From the IMG/VR virus record IMGVR_UViG_3300013426_000014, positions 96,001 through 160,000 of that record: a DNA stretch of 64,000 nt, one strand, 5' to 3'. Origin of the DNA: a virus (taxonomy: Duplodnaviria > Caudoviricetes). The position numbers and the translations under genes are program-made. The notes beneath the pieces were generated by a model. The model searched no databases, was not told where the DNA came from, and was given only the letters and a program-made list of their open reading frames with translations. Positions 11,220-24,600 of the stretch are shown one piece after another (within the stretch, counting starts at the first letter, position 1; each line of letters begins with the position of its first letter).

Positions 11220-12800
11220 CTATATGAGCGAGTTCGTTGATCCGTCCGGCGCGAGCTTCACAGAGAATGTTTGGTATGGGAAACCGCGCTGCCTGTATAT
11301 CTTTTCCCTCTCTTTGAAATGTCTGTATAAGTAGTTGTCCTTCTGATACCCGGTCCCGGCCCGCATGTCGTCACCGAAGTCGATGAAAATCACTTTGTCC
11401 TTGCCGACGGAACGGCGCATGCCGCGGCCGATGAGCTGCGATATCTGGACCTCAGACTTCGTCGACTCGGCGAGGAATATATTGTATATGTTCGACACAT
11501 CGATACCTTCTGAGAATGTGCCGACCGAGGCGACGATCACGGTGTTACCGTCCGCGTCGTCCTCCATCCTATTCTTCGCGTAATCGCGGGTGCTTGAGTC
11601 AACACCGCCGTCGACATAGAACACCGTCTTGTCCGTGTTCTCCCTCAGCCACTCGTATATCCGCCTGCCGTACTCATTCTGTATGTCGGAGAAAATGACC
11701 AGCGAATTTTTCGTCGTCTTCGCGATCATGCCCGTCACGTAATTGAACCGCGCCCGTGACTTGCGCGCGATGTCCTTCTCGAGGTTGAGAAGCTTGCCGC
11801 CGGCGGTGATGTCGTCCCTGTCTTTTGTACATCTCGCGTCATACAGCGCGTTCTTGCGGTCGTCCGTCAGGTAGTCCATCGCGATGCCGACGACATTGAT
11901 AGGCGTCGCGAACTGCTCCTTGTTGATCAGGTCGTAACTTGACAGCCTGAATACGATCGGCCCGATGTATGCCTGCTCGATGAAACTGTCGTATGTTCCC
12001 TCTTTCGGAAACGTGCCGGTCATGCCGACCTTATATCCGGCGTTGTAACATTTTTTTATGATCCCCTTAATGGATGTCGCCGTGGCGTGCTGTACCTCGT
12101 CTATCAGTATGCAGTCGATATCCTTGAAGAACTCGACTCCCTTCTTGCACAGCGATTGGTAGTTGCCGAATATTATGTTGTCGTCATACGTCTTCTTCTT
12201 TTTTGCCTTCGCGTGAATTTCCGAGTACGTCCAGTCGGTCGGCACGCCGTTCCCGCTGTCATACTCGATGAACTTCTCCGCCGACTGAGACGTTAGGTTC
12301 GTATTCGGCGTCACGAACAGTATCTTGCGGAGGTGTAACATGTCCTTCATATACCGGAAGAGCAGGTACGACACGAGCGTCTTGCCACCGGACGTCGAGA
12401 TCTCAACGCAGCAATTGCGGTATGACAATATCGAGTACGCCGCCTGTATCTGGTAGTCTTTTGGCTTCTTGTCGTTTTTCGCGAAAAGGTTATCTGCATA
12501 TTCCTTGAATCCGCCGAACGATATCGAGCAATTCCGTATCTTGCAGTCGAATCCGTCGATGAACTCAATGTCATATCCATACTCCTTGCAGACGTTGACG
12601 AGCTCGAGATACAGGCCGCGTGGTATGATGCAGCCGTTCGACATGAAGCTTTCCTCCACGTTTGCGTACGGCGCCTTGTTCTTGATGATCCACCAGTTGT
12701 TTATCTTTTTGGTGAAAGACATCTCGATCTGCCGCCGCTCGATCTGCGTCATTTGTTCGAGTATTATGAATTTTTCGTCTGATGTAAGTCTCGCCGTCAT
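11220..12800 (-). CDS. uvsW: SF2 DNA helicase, UvsW-like
   Basis: YQIQA Q-motif, ISTSGGKT Walker A, DEVQH, GMTGT, QLIGRGMR motif VI; no in-frame TGA. Confidence 0.9.
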   Translation of the reverse strand: MTARLTSDEKFIILEQMTQIERRQIEMSFTKKINNWWIIKNKAPYANVEESFMSNGCIIPRGLYLELVNVCKEYGYDIEFIDGFDCKIRNCSISFGGFKEYADNLFAKNDKKPKDYQIQAAYSILSYRNCCVEISTSGGKTLVSYLLFRYMKDMLHLRKILFVTPNTNLTSQSAEKFIEYDSGNGVPTDWTYSEIHAKAKKKKTYDDNIIFGNYQSLCKKGVEFFKDIDCILIDEVQHATATSIKGIIKKCYNAGYKVGMTGTFPKEGTYDSFIEQAYIGPIVFRLSSYDLINKEQFATPINVVGIAMDYLTDDRKNALYDARCTKDRDDITAGGKLLNLEKDIARKSRARFNYVTGMIAKTTKNSLVIFSDIQNEYGRRIYEWLRENTDKTVFYVDGGVDSSTRDYAKNRMEDDADGNTVIVASVGTFSEGIDVSNIYNIFLAESTKSEVQISQLIGRGMRRSVGKDKVIFIDFGDDMRAGTGYQKDNYLYRHFKEREKIYRQRGFPYQTFSVKLAPDGSTNSLI

Positions 12801-12862
12801 ATATCAAAAATAAAGTGTTCAACAAAACCATATATTTTATAGGTAAACTATTACATTATTTT

Positions 12863-13480
12863 ATGACCGACCGTTTCAGAATATACATAAAGGCGCGGAT
12901 CACGCTCCGGCAGATGTGACGCCGGGTCATGTCGTCTCGTGCCGGGACGGCTGTCCGTGAAAGTATCGAGGATTTCAGATGCTGTATTGATGAGTACGGA
13001 TTCCGGTATGGGGTCAGGATGTGGATGTTCCCGCCGATGTCGGCAGAGAAATTCTGCGAGATTATGATTGATTACGAGCTGCGACATTACCCCGGCGTGA
13101 CGTTCAGATACCTGATGTCATTGCCGAAGCAGGACCGTGCGCCGTCGTCATACGAGTGGAAGAACGTGTTCGGGAGCGGATCTGATCCAGTGAAAGTAAA
13201 TAAGGTCCGGAAAGAGATGCTTGACTTCGTCAGAGGCAATGTTATGAAAATGAACGTGTATTACCGGGACGGCGTCAGGACCGAATATCAGGATGACTGG
13301 TACCGGAGGTATAGGTTCAAGTCGAAGAGAGAGTTCGAACAGTTCAAACGGAAATTCTTCAGGCTTTACCCGAAGACGAAGCCATATAAGATAAACAAGG
13401 ATGAAATATCCAGATCGTTCTCGATGTTTGACCTACAGTACGGGTTGATGCGGGATTACGACGAAGGATATGATTTGTAA
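12863..13480 (+). CDS. Hypothetical basic protein (205 aa if TGA at 12917 is Trp)
   Basis: ATG at 12863 is in frame with track ORF 12929..13480; TAA stop. Confidence 0.6.
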
Positions 13481-13501
13481 AGATAATAGAACTATATAGA
13501 T

Positions 13502-13678
13502 ATGGATAACAATACGCTTTACGCTGATTTCGAGATAAACGGCGACGACATGTTTGTTGTCACGCCGGAAGGCAATTATTTTAATTTTCCCGCGGGGAGT
13601 TATGACGAGTCACATCCAGACGAAACGGTGATCGATCCGGAAAGTCACAAGGTATATACCGTCAAATTTGGCGAGTAA
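13502..13678 (+). CDS. Small hypothetical protein, 58 aa
   Basis: MDNNTLYADFEINGDDMFVVTPEG...KFGE*; fills the gap between neighbours exactly. Confidence 0.6.
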   Translation: MDNNTLYADFEINGDDMFVVTPEGNYFNFPAGSYDESHPDETVIDPESHKVYTVKFGE

Positions 13679-13681
13679 TTT

Positions 13682-14572
13682 ATGTCGAAGATTACAAGGC
13701 TCGGCCTTTCTATTGTCGCGTTTGACGGAACGGAGCATCTAAAGAATATATTGTATGAGCTTCGCGGCTTGTGCGATGTCATCCATGTATGCCTGCAGCG
13801 AAAATCTTACCACGGTGATCCCATCGCGGCGAAGGATGTCGACGAGGTCGATTTGCTCAGCAGACTCGGTTTTGTTGACAGGATCATCTGATATGATCCG
13901 GATTTATCATATTTGTCTGGAAAGTTTGACATGTCCATCCCGCGTCGTCTCGAGTGCGCGAAACGGAACATGATGCTTGACGAGCTTGAGAAGGAAGGAT
14001 GTTCACACAGCATCATTACGGATTCGGACGAGTTTTATGATTATGACGAGTTCAAAAAGGCGAAGGACCTTATAGACGGGCTCGATTACGTACGGGTAAC
14101 GTATTGTCAGTACGTCAACTACTACAATGCGTATGATCGGATCCTTTTGTATCCGTGGCCGGCGTATGTCCCATTCATAACGGAGTCATCATACAGGTTT
14201 GAGTTTGATTCTGGTGATTTCGACAGACCATCCGACCCGACCAGACGGTACAAGCTTGAGCCGGGGCCAGACGGAAAGAAGAATTTCCAGATAATCGATT
14301 GAGATACGGTCCATATGCATCATTTATCATGGATTCGCCGCGACATAGAGAAGAAACTTGACTGCTGGTCCGCGAAACGGTATTTCGAAAATGTTGCTGG
14401 TCTGCGCGGCCGGATTCTCGACCGGTATTATAACTGGACGCAGGGCGAGAACGCGTATCTCATGTTCGGTGTTCCAGACAACCAGGTCATTGTTCAGAGA
14501 TTAGACGATCAATATATAAATCCCCGATGGAGTCTTACTGAGTCTCCTGAAAAACTTGAATACAGAAAATAG
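13682..14572 (+). CDS. Glycosyltransferase (GT-A fold, family 2-like), 296 aa with TGA=Trp
   Basis: Three in-frame fragments joined at TGA 13889 and 14300; ECAKRN, DSDEFY (DxD) and MHHLSWIR motifs. Confidence 0.75.
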
Positions 14573-14580
14573 GAACGGAC

Positions 14581-15555
14581 ATGAGAGTCGCTGTGATGAT
14601 AATGTCGGCGTCGGTCGAGCCGGCAGTGAGGAATACGGAGGCGGTACTTAAGTATATCGCGGACGACTGTTCTGATATGGCAAGGCGCGGTGAGCTGGTT
14701 AATGAATATGTGTTCTACCCGTATCTGACAGACGGTGGAAAATCCGGTGTGTATCCGGTTGACGGGCATGACGGCTGCTTCCGCATCGTGACTTCCGCGC
14801 CGGATGACATATATGGAACTTTTGAGAAGACGGTTGAGGCTTACCGCATGATACCGAAGGATTTCGATTTCATCATCCGGATAAACATATCATCCTTTCT
14901 TAATGTCAGGATGCTCGATTCGATGATTGACACTGCCGATCCGGATTCCATATATTGCAATACGGTCAATACGGTCATATCATCATATAAATACAGCAAC
15001 TTACTGTATCCGCGGGGCGATTTCTGGATGATGTCTGCCGCTGTTGCCGACAAGGTATTCAGTATGGCAGACAAATTCACTGTCAGTAGGGGCGATCCTG
15101 CGGACTTTATGAAGATGACCACGAATCTCGATCATGTGGACGACGTGTTGACCGGGATGTGCGCCGCCGCGGCGTACGGGAAGAAATATACCGGCATGAT
15201 AAAGCCGATTTATTACCAGTACATACCGAACGAGACGGATCCAGCCGGCCGGATTCCGGTAAGGCTGTGTGTACACGCGCTTACGTCAAGGGTGAAGACT
15301 GTGCCGTCGGGCATGTACAGCGGGTGGTCATGAGACGATAATGAATACCGCCGGCATGATGTCGTCAAGATGCGTGCGTTGTCTGATTTTTATAAGAAAA
15401 CGTCACGCGCGGATTATGATGGCGTGACGTTCGATGACATTGTCGTTCCGGACAGTGATTGCAATTCGAATATTTGTTATTCATTAGTCCGCTCGTCACT
15501 CACCGACGCACGGGAAATAGCCGGGAAAAAGGATTACGACACTTTGTTCAGATAG
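14581..15555 (+). CDS. Glycosyltransferase (GT31/galactosyltransferase-like), 324 aa with TGA=Trp
   Basis: EKTVEAY..FDFIIRINISSFLN, HVDDVLTG; joined across TGA at 15331. Confidence 0.6.
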
Positions 15556-16889
15556 CCGTTGATATCGTCGATATATTTCGATATCTTATCCTTATACTCC
15601 TTTATATTCTCTTTTAGCACGTTGACTCTTATTTCGTTCATTCACGGGTCGACGTGTTCGGTGTTGAGTTCTTTTTTGATTCCTGTGTAATATTCGAAGC
15701 ACATTATGATCGCCGACAACGCATTTGACACCGACCTGACATCGGACGCGCTTTGTTCGAACAGCTTCGGCATCGCCGCACTGACCTTGGATATGATGTT
15801 TTTCACGTCGGCGTCGACCGTATCCGATTTGAGCATGTTCGACGCGATGATGAGTTTATACCGCGTGATGTTGTCGTTCAGTATCTTTATGTAGTCGTTC
15901 ATTCTATTGTATTCATTGTCCTGCCGAATCATGCCATTCCTCGCGTCCTTCCTGTCCTGCCGTTTTTTTCGCATCTCATTGCTGGATTCGACGGTACTGT
16001 CAGAATACCGCAATGCGATGACCTTTATGTCATATCCATGCTTCGCCCCGTATGGCGCGTTGCCGCTGATCTCGCTGGCCATCGTGTCGAATATATCTTT
16101 CACTTTATAGTAATATGTCGACGTATTGTTGAGGGCGTGCGATCAGATCACGTCGGGGCCGTGCGTCACAGCGACAAGCCGGTCTGTATCCTTGAAACCA
16201 AGGAACTCTGGATCTTTCGAAAACATTCAGAAAAGGACATCGTTATAAGCTTTGCTTGATGACGACATCGTTTTCGGCGCCTTTTTCAGTATGTAGAAGT
16301 CGGAGTCCTTCACCGCATCGGGTGCGAATCCGGCGAACTTGATACTGTCCATTATATACCGCGTCGATCTTTTGCGGTTAAACGACATGTAATTATTGTT
16401 CGGCGCGTTCAATGATTTCGTATTATGCCATTCGTCATTTGTGATATTACCCAGTCCTGTCGCGAGGTTAGTTAGCGCTTCGACTACGTTCAATGATTCT
16501 ATGTAACTGTTCGACAACACCTTTCCCCGGACGTCATCAATGAATTTGGATTTGCCACGATTTCCTCCATAATTGTACGGCATATGGATGCAGTCCAACA
16601 TCGACGCGTTCTGCATATCGAACCCTTTATTCGACGAGTTCGCATAATCCAGCAATTTCTTTGTGAACACGGTCGCGTCGTGATCTTCATATTTCAACTG
16701 TTTCAGGATTTCCGCGCCGGCTTTCTTCAGTCCGTCGAGGTCGTTCCATGCCTTGTTGTATGAGGATTTGATGTTTTTGTCCAGTTCCCTCAGTATGTTA
16801 CAATTGAACGCCTCGTTCAAGTCAGATTCATTAGAAGTTCTTGTCACCGATGAAAATCTGCCTGTATTGCGTCTGATATTCCCTGACAT
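15534..16889 (-). CDS. Hypothetical (possible head/internal) protein, about 451 aa with TGA=Trp
   Basis: Track ORFs 16227..16895 and 15642..16103 join in frame via TGA; TAA at 15534; N-terminal LNEAF; start codon uncertain. Confidence 0.6.
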
Positions 16890-17346
16890 AACCAATCAGT
16901 ATTATTCTTTTTATCTTGTTTTCAGATTGCTCGTTATATACGATATCTGTTTTACATGTCGAAGTGTTTACACTATCTCATTCTTTTATGGTCACGACCC
17001 GGTCTGGATTCGACGCGCTGGATGCGTTTCATGTGTCGCCGTCATGGTAAAATATGTACGCGTCAATCCTCAGGTCGTCTATTCGCCTGAAATCTACACC
17101 ATAATTTATCATGTATTTCGTCACGGCCTGACCTTCTTCTGTATACACATTATAACTCAGCGACGTCAGCGTGCACGAATCGGTCCGTATGGAGAAATCA
17201 TTGTTTACATCGAGTGATACATCGCTGTCGGACAGTATGTATGTTCCGGTTGATGATTTCGTCATCGTGAAACCGTCCGCCCCGTCTGCCCCGTCCTCGC
17301 CAGGTATCCCGATCCCGGGTAGTCCGTATATTTTTTCTGTCGTCAT
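16831..17346 (-). CDS. Small structural protein with short collagen-like GXY run
   Basis: YGLPGIGIPGEDGADGADG; reads through TGA at 17029 and ~16978 to TAA at 16831. Confidence 0.6.
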
Positions 17347-17350
17347 GTGG

Positions 17351-17965
17351 TTAATTCAATATCAACATTTCTTTTGTCGACAGGTTGCGCGCCATCACGA
17401 CGTCGTTCGTTGTCCACATCGAGTTGGGCTCCATGTCGAATGTTATCGACGTCAAAGCGCCGCTTCTGTATTTTCATACGTCGACCGCCCATCCGTCAAC
17501 CCTGCTCGTGTATGACGTCGATTTCAGCCCGAGGTCTCGTCTGAGCTTTGATACAGAATACATCGAATCGACATCTGCTGTGTAGTCGACGCCGTCTTTA
17601 CCCGCCTTTCCCGCTTTGCCGGTCACACCATATGTCGACAACCCGGGTATCGTCTCGTTGACTGCCGGCCGCGACTTCACCGCCTTCGCCGTCTTCATGA
17701 CGACGGTCCCGGCAGACTGGTTGATTTCGATGCTTTGACCTCCGCATGTCACGCGTACGGTCCGGACGGCACCGGTGTTTTCCGGTATCTGTATCGTTAC
17801 CGGTGTCACCATATTACCGGTGACGTCAACGAATGACGGTGTGACCGCGTTCTCGCCTGATATGACGGTACGGCCGGCGCCGTCTGACATTACGCCTATA
17901 TTAAATATCCCGCCATCCGCCGGTATCACATCTGGCCGTTTCGGCCATGTCAGTCTGATATTCAT
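17351..17965 (-). CDS. BACON-like domain plus collagen-like GXY protein
   Basis: IPADGG...IQIPENTGAVRTVRVT...INQSA (BACON-like); PGLSTYGVTGKAGKAGKDG; TGA at 17474 read through. Confidence 0.6.
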
Positions 17966-17984
17966 GACAATAAACGACAAAATT

Positions 17985-18542
17985 TTACGTCTCGCTCTCG
18001 ACCGCCGCGTCATATATCAGGAACCTGCCGGTGTTTGGATCTTTTATCCTCACGCGTATGTCGCTGTATGCGCCGGATATAACGGCGGAACCGTTTATAT
18101 TCCTGATGATCCGTTCCCGTCCGCTCCCGTCCTTCCACATGAGATCATATCTGTTGTGTGAGTTCTCTTCCGCTGTGAATGTGAACGTCCCGTCAGATGA
18201 CATGCTCGCGTCGGTTATGGAGTTTGATACGCGCGGCGTTTCTGTCATGTCATCTTGTTTCAGCTCAGATTTTCCGGCGCTGATTATTCACGTGATCCCG
18301 TTCGTGTCTGAAATTATATCGCCGTCCTGATAAGGCCGTTCATCCGGCAGTTTCGACACGGAGTCGTCGAACGTCGTATTCGACTTGATCCGCGCCAGCA
18401 CGAAATCTTTGTTGTTCGACGTGCGGAGATCGTACGGCGCATAAAACACAGCAGATCCGTTCTTCCCCCGCGGCCCCCGCGGCCCGCGTTTTCCGTCGAC
18501 CGCCATGCCTGGCGTCAGGACGCTCGCGTCAAATACAACCAT
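17985..18542 (-). CDS. Small structural protein with collagen-like GXY run
   Basis: PGMAVDGKRGPRGPRGKNGS; two track ORFs joined at TGA 18288. Confidence 0.65.
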
Positions 18543-18569
18543 TCCCGGAACAACTACATTTTTACGATG

Positions 18570-18577
18570 TATTTATC
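18570..18577 (-). promoter_or_regulatory. Putative late promoter GATAAATA
   Basis: About 27 nt upstream of the ATG at 18542. Confidence 0.55.
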
Positions 18578-18606
18578 CCGGGAATGGTCGGATATCGGTT
18601 ACGCCG

Positions 18607-21600
18607 TTAGTATTTAAGCTTCATTATGAAGCAGTATGGATGTTGTTCCGTTATGTCAAACGTCAGCGTCTTCGATCCGTCTGATTCCGTTTCAAACTTC
18701 GTGCCGATGTTCGTCATCCTCGTTCATCCATCGCCGGCACCGTCTGAGACAGACAGCCCGTCTGTCGATGTATCCGCTCATATCTCGACCGCTGAATCTG
18801 CGTTAACGATGATGTTCGGAAGTATCACGTTCTTGATGTATTCCGTCTTTGCGTGCGTTATGTTGTCCGGGTCGTTGATGTATGCTCACGCCGCGTTAAA
18901 CGCCGGGGTGTGGAGGATCGAGTCGACAAGCGCGTCGGTTATGTTAATCTTGACGCCGTCATCCTCTGTCCAGTGCGTCGCAAAGTTCGACACAGTTATC
19001 ACAGGGTTTTTCTTCCTGTTGAACGCGACAGCTTTGGAGTTGAAGAAGTTCTTCACCTCGCAACCGCCGAGATATCCGGCAATCGACTCCTTCGGAAGGA
19101 AATACGGCCGGATCGTCTCAGGATCCTTCTCGATACGGAACGCCTGATATACGAACGATTTCACTTCGCCCGATATCACCTCGCCTTTGACCCATTCTGA
19201 TTTGTCTGCCGCCCCGTGTCGGTAATCCGCCTTTATGACAGCCTTGTACTCGTATTCGGAATCAATCTTGAACTTTATCATATTGTTCGTGTACGCGAGG
19301 CACGCTGTATACATGTCAGGATCTTTGGTATTTGTCAGTATCGGTTTGAAATCCTTGTCTTTATACTTTGACTGCCAGATTTCTATCCATTTGTTGTTCC
19401 CTTTCTTTCTGATCATTATACCTCAGTCCGTGATGTCACATTGACCTTTCGACCTGCTGATTATGTTGTAATTGGCGACGGACCCGTCCTTATCCTTGAT
19501 TTCGCCGAAATCAAAATTCGACTGTTTGTCCGCGGACACATACGCCGGTATACCGATGTTGTAGTACATATACGTCGCGTTCTGCTGCGTGACCGCAACG
19601 CCGGTCGAAACGGCCGGGCGGTAATCCTCCATGCCACCCTGTACGACCTGCAACCGGATTTTTTTCGACATATTGTCATTGACGTCATAACCGGTGAACG
19701 TGAACATGCCGATGATCTGTTCGTCATTGAGTTCCGTGTCGTCGACAGTCAGTAACACATGCGATTCTCCGTCTGAATCGAACACTCCGTTCGTGTTGTC
19801 AATCCGCGCGACAATTTTGCCGTTGAACTCGATTTCCTGCTTATCTGCTTCTCATCTGTACGCCGCGTATTGCTTCGACGTCTGCCTTGTGTACAGAGTC
19901 ACGTCTATCTCCTTGCCGTCGATTACCACTGGAGCTTGCATTTCAGTTACGACGGACGGATCCGTATCATCACTGATTTTGTCGAATGATATCAGCGGCA
20001 ATCCGAGCGTCGACACGCGGTAGTCGCAGATCTGTGTTGTCGTGTTCGTCGTGTCGTCAGAACCCAGATATGCCCTGACGTATACCGTGCATTTTTTGAC
20101 GGTCGTCCTTGACTCGTTGGTCGGCGCGTATACCCACAGTTCCTTGCCGTCATTCTGTTTGGACACTCGGAACTCGTCACCGGTCGTGCCGATTTCCTCT
20201 TTCTCGAATGACCAGTTCGTCTGCAGCTTGTCGTTTTTTGCATCGTCCCTGCCGATTGTCACACTGGCCGTTATGTGCGGTCCCAGACTGCCGTCCGTTT
20301 CGAGTGCGTCGAATATCTTCGTCTCTGGCTCGACTTTCAGCGTCAGATATCCGGCGGCGTTCACTGTATATGTGCATGTCGTCTTTCATGTCCTGTCCCC
20401 GTCTTCGTATCCGTAAGTGAACGTGATGACGCATTCTTTCTGCTTCTCCGCTGTCGTGTTCTCCGGCATCCGCATCCGGATGCCTTCTGACCCGTTGTCC
20501 CTGACGTCGAACTCGTCACCGTCTGTTCCGCGTTCGGTTTTCGTCCACGACCATACCGTCCGCAGCGTGTCGGGGTCTCCCGTCACCTTGACGGCGATGT
20601 CGAACATCCTTTCCAGCGCCGTGCTCTCGTTGTCAGGATCCGTATAACCGTACCCGTCCGCTGATCCGACAGCCTGAGGCGGATCCACTGTAATCGTCAC
20701 TTCGCCCGCCGGCGGCACTGTATATTTGCAGATATACGTCCTGCTTGAATCCCCGCCTTCATAACCATAAGTAAACGTCAACGTGCATTCTTTGTTCTTC
20801 GATACCGACTGGTTCTGAGGGGCGACAAGCCGCAGCACATTCGGGTCCGCGGTCCGGACCACGGTAAACTCATCACCATCGGTCCCGCGCTCGTCCTTGA
20901 CAAAACTCCATACAACCGGCACGTTGTCCGCGCCGCCCTTGTATGTTACGGTCAGTTTCTGATCATCCAATCCGCTGTCTGTCATGATTTTGCCATCCGC
21001 CCGCAGCATCATGTTTTGTGGATCGACACTAAATTCGATATCAGAGTTCGGCATCACTATGAACGTGTATGTGTCAGACCATCTCGTATCGGATCCGACA
21101 TAACCATATGTAAATGTCAGCACGCATTTTTTCTCCCTTGACACGGACGCGTTCGACGGGCAGTCAACGGTGATCCTGTCGCCCGACCGTTTAACGACGA
21201 ACTCGTCACCGTCTGTTCCTTTCTCCTCTTTTGACCAGTCTCATTCGGTCTCGAGTCCCGGCTCGCCCGTGTCTGCATCCGCTCTCGCGTTGTCACCTGG
21301 CTGCAGGTCTGCTGTCAGCACGAACCCACCGCCGGCCGCGGTTATCACCCGCCGCCTGCCGTCCGACGCGTCATCGGTGATGTCCAAAGTCGGAGTATTA
21401 TCATCAGAAAGAGCCGTATTTACATCCCATACCGGGTTGTCCGCGGCGGCGACGACGTACGTGCCGGTCGCGGACCATGTTTTCTTGCCGTCGCCGTCCG
21501 CGTACCAGCATGTGAACGTGATGTCGCATTTTTTCTGCCTGTCTGTTGACGTGTTTTTCGGCGGCGTAATGGCCAGTTGAAAATCCTGCTCCGTAAACTG

Positions 21601-24600
21601 CCTTATCAGAAAGTCGTCCGTGTTGTTCGATTCGACTTTTTCATAATCTCATGATACCGGTAGCGGCAAGTTTGCATTATTTTCATCTGTCACATTCATC
21701 ATAATATTGAATGGATTGACTTCGCCTGGCTTTAATAATACAGAAGACGGTTCCAAAGTGATTTTCATTTGCGGGGCGGGCTCTACTGAATATACCGCAG
21801 TGAACGTTTTCTTCTCGTCCGATCCCTCGTATCCGTATTCGAACGTGACGTGACATTCTTTGTAATTCACAGTCGATGGGTTGACTGGCGGACGTACAGT
21901 CAAGCAGTCCGTCCCATCTGTCTTGCCGCGGCGGATGACGAATTCCGACCCGTCCGTGCCATACTCATTTCTTGTGTACGTCCATGTAATGAGCTTCGAC
22001 ATCGCGGCGTTTCCGCCGGCGTCGACATACACTTTTACCGTCAATGGGTTGTCCGGTTGCGCGTCACATTTTCATGTATGTCCGCCGTTCTCGTCGACCG
22101 GATCTATCGTGAATGATATCGCCGGTGCCGGCTCGACGACGCATCGTATCATGATTGATTCGTCCTGATCATGATCAGGCACGTCTGAACCCCAATTGTA
22201 ATATACGGTTATGTTGCACACCAGTGATTCCGTCGTCGACGTGTTGACCGGCGGCGTCACCTTGATACCATTTGACGCACGCTCCACGTTGAAACTATTA
22301 TTTGATGACTCGAACAAATATTCGGCGTTGTATATATGTGTAACGCCGCCGATATTAAATGAGTTCGCTGTCGTTATTTCAAATGTGTATGGATTGTCAT
22401 TACAGTTGAAACTGTGCGATGTCCCGCCTGTTACCTGTATCGCTGGTTTAGGGAATCGGAAGATGCCGAAATTGATAGATCTGGTCGTGGTGTTACCACT
22501 ACATAACGCCGTCGCCGAAATCGATCCGCTGCCGGATAAACCGACATTCGATGACATTTTGTTCGTACATCCGACACGGACTGTCGTGTATGCCGACGAT
22601 GTCGCCGGAGATGCCGCGGCGTAGCTCACGTTGTTCGGTTTACCTACCGACCATATACATTCCGCACCCTGTGTTTCGGTCACGCTGAACGTTCTTGTTC
22701 CCGCCGCTGGGCCGAACAGATATATCGGCGTCGTTCCTGACGGCGTCAGATATGAATCACCGTAATCTGATATGATTATTGTCGGGACGAGCGTGGATTT
22801 TACTGTATATGAGAATGTCCTGATAAAAGGTGTCGACTTGTTATATTTGTCGGATTTCACATCCGCGTCATCGTAATAACATTCGACTGTCACCGTGATG
22901 AATTGATCATATAACGTTTTATTCTGAATCGTATTATAATGAAATTCAGTACCGTTTGTAAGTTTTTGCGGTCATGTTACAGATGATATGCCGTTCAGTA
23001 TCAAATCACCCGCGTACGCGCTATCCGCCGACGCTGATCATTTTAATTTATCGTCATGTCCAGCCGGGAGATCTGCCAGTATGAAATATGGGGTTTCTGT
23101 TGTAATGGTCGATCCCTGTGGCATTATGTCGCCGTATGTATTTTCGGATTTTCATCTGCGGACGGTAAGGCTGAATGACGGTTCCGGTCATGCGTCCTGC
23201 GATCATGAAACAGTCTTCGACATGCTGTAGTCGTTGTAATCCTGCACTGTGACGGCGAGTCCGGTCCTTGTCTCAGTCGTCTTATTCGGTGATATTGTGA
23301 TTTTGAAGGTTTTCTTCGATCCAGGACCGACAAATTCAGTCAACGCGGTATCCGACGACATCGATTGACTATAAGCTGTTTCACATGACACGATATATTT
23401 CGATTGAACCGTTCCGGTATTGGTGATGATGCCGGTTAATGTCATTCCGTCTTTCTTGATTACACCTTCTATCTGGTTACCATACCTATCATACCAGTCG
23501 AGTGTGAATCCTTTCGCTCCGCCTAACTGTGTTACCGTGATGAGTCGTTCGTCTTGAACCGGTGATGTCTGCATGACGGATATTGTGGCGGATCTGTTCT
23601 CCGTTGTCAGAACGTTTTCATTTATCGTGAATCGCACATCGCCGAAATCGTTTTTCGCCACAGTGATATTGGTGTCACCGATGAATTTAAGCCAGTTTTC
23701 TTTTGACGTGATTGATATTTTGAATGTCGCCGGGACGTTTCCAACGTTCTTTATGTAAAACGCGTATGATCCGCCTATTCGCGGAATATTCGAGAACGCA
23801 TTGGACTGCAGCAGGTTCTGTTTGTTCTGATCATAAAGCTCGAAACCTGATATTTCCGCGGCCTTTCCCTGTGTTATGTTTATTGTTTTGACAACGAACA
23901 GATCGGTGTTCGCTGTGGCGTCTGATGAACTTACGGTTGCGTATGTCTTGTTTGACGGCAATATTCGTGATCAGAATGCCGTTTTGAATGTCCGGTCAAC
24001 GTCGACATTCTCGTTTTCTGGTACAGAAAACGTTATCAGTGAATCTGTCAGTGCCGGCAATATACTGGTCGTTCCGTTGATTGTCGTGCTGCCGTTCGGA
24101 AGAGTTTCTTGCGTTTTTGTTAGTTTCGGATTCGTATCGGATGGATACCCATAATTCCAGTAATTTGATGATCTTACACGGAATATTATTGTTCCACCGT
24201 CAGAGCTAAATCCTGACGCCGGCTGATCGGTATTAATATCAAAAATTGCTTTGTCTTGTGAGACTGTGATTATTTTGTTCTTTTTCTTGTCATTCGTCTT
24301 GTCGATAAGATTTCCGTCTTTTGTGTATCCAAAAGTGAGTGTGTATGCGGTATTATTGTTATAATTACGACTGGCCGGTATTAATAAATTATATGTTGTC
24401 TCATTTTCATTCGCGGCATTCTTGCTGTCTGATTTCACAGTGACGCCGTTCATTGTTTGTAAATAAGGCTTGTCTGGATTCGCCGTCTGGACGGTATACG
24501 TCCACGGGGCGGATGATCGCACATGTATAATTGGCGGCGTGACTAATGGATTATTGTTATACTTGATTTCACTGCCATACGGAGAAAAACCACTCAATCC

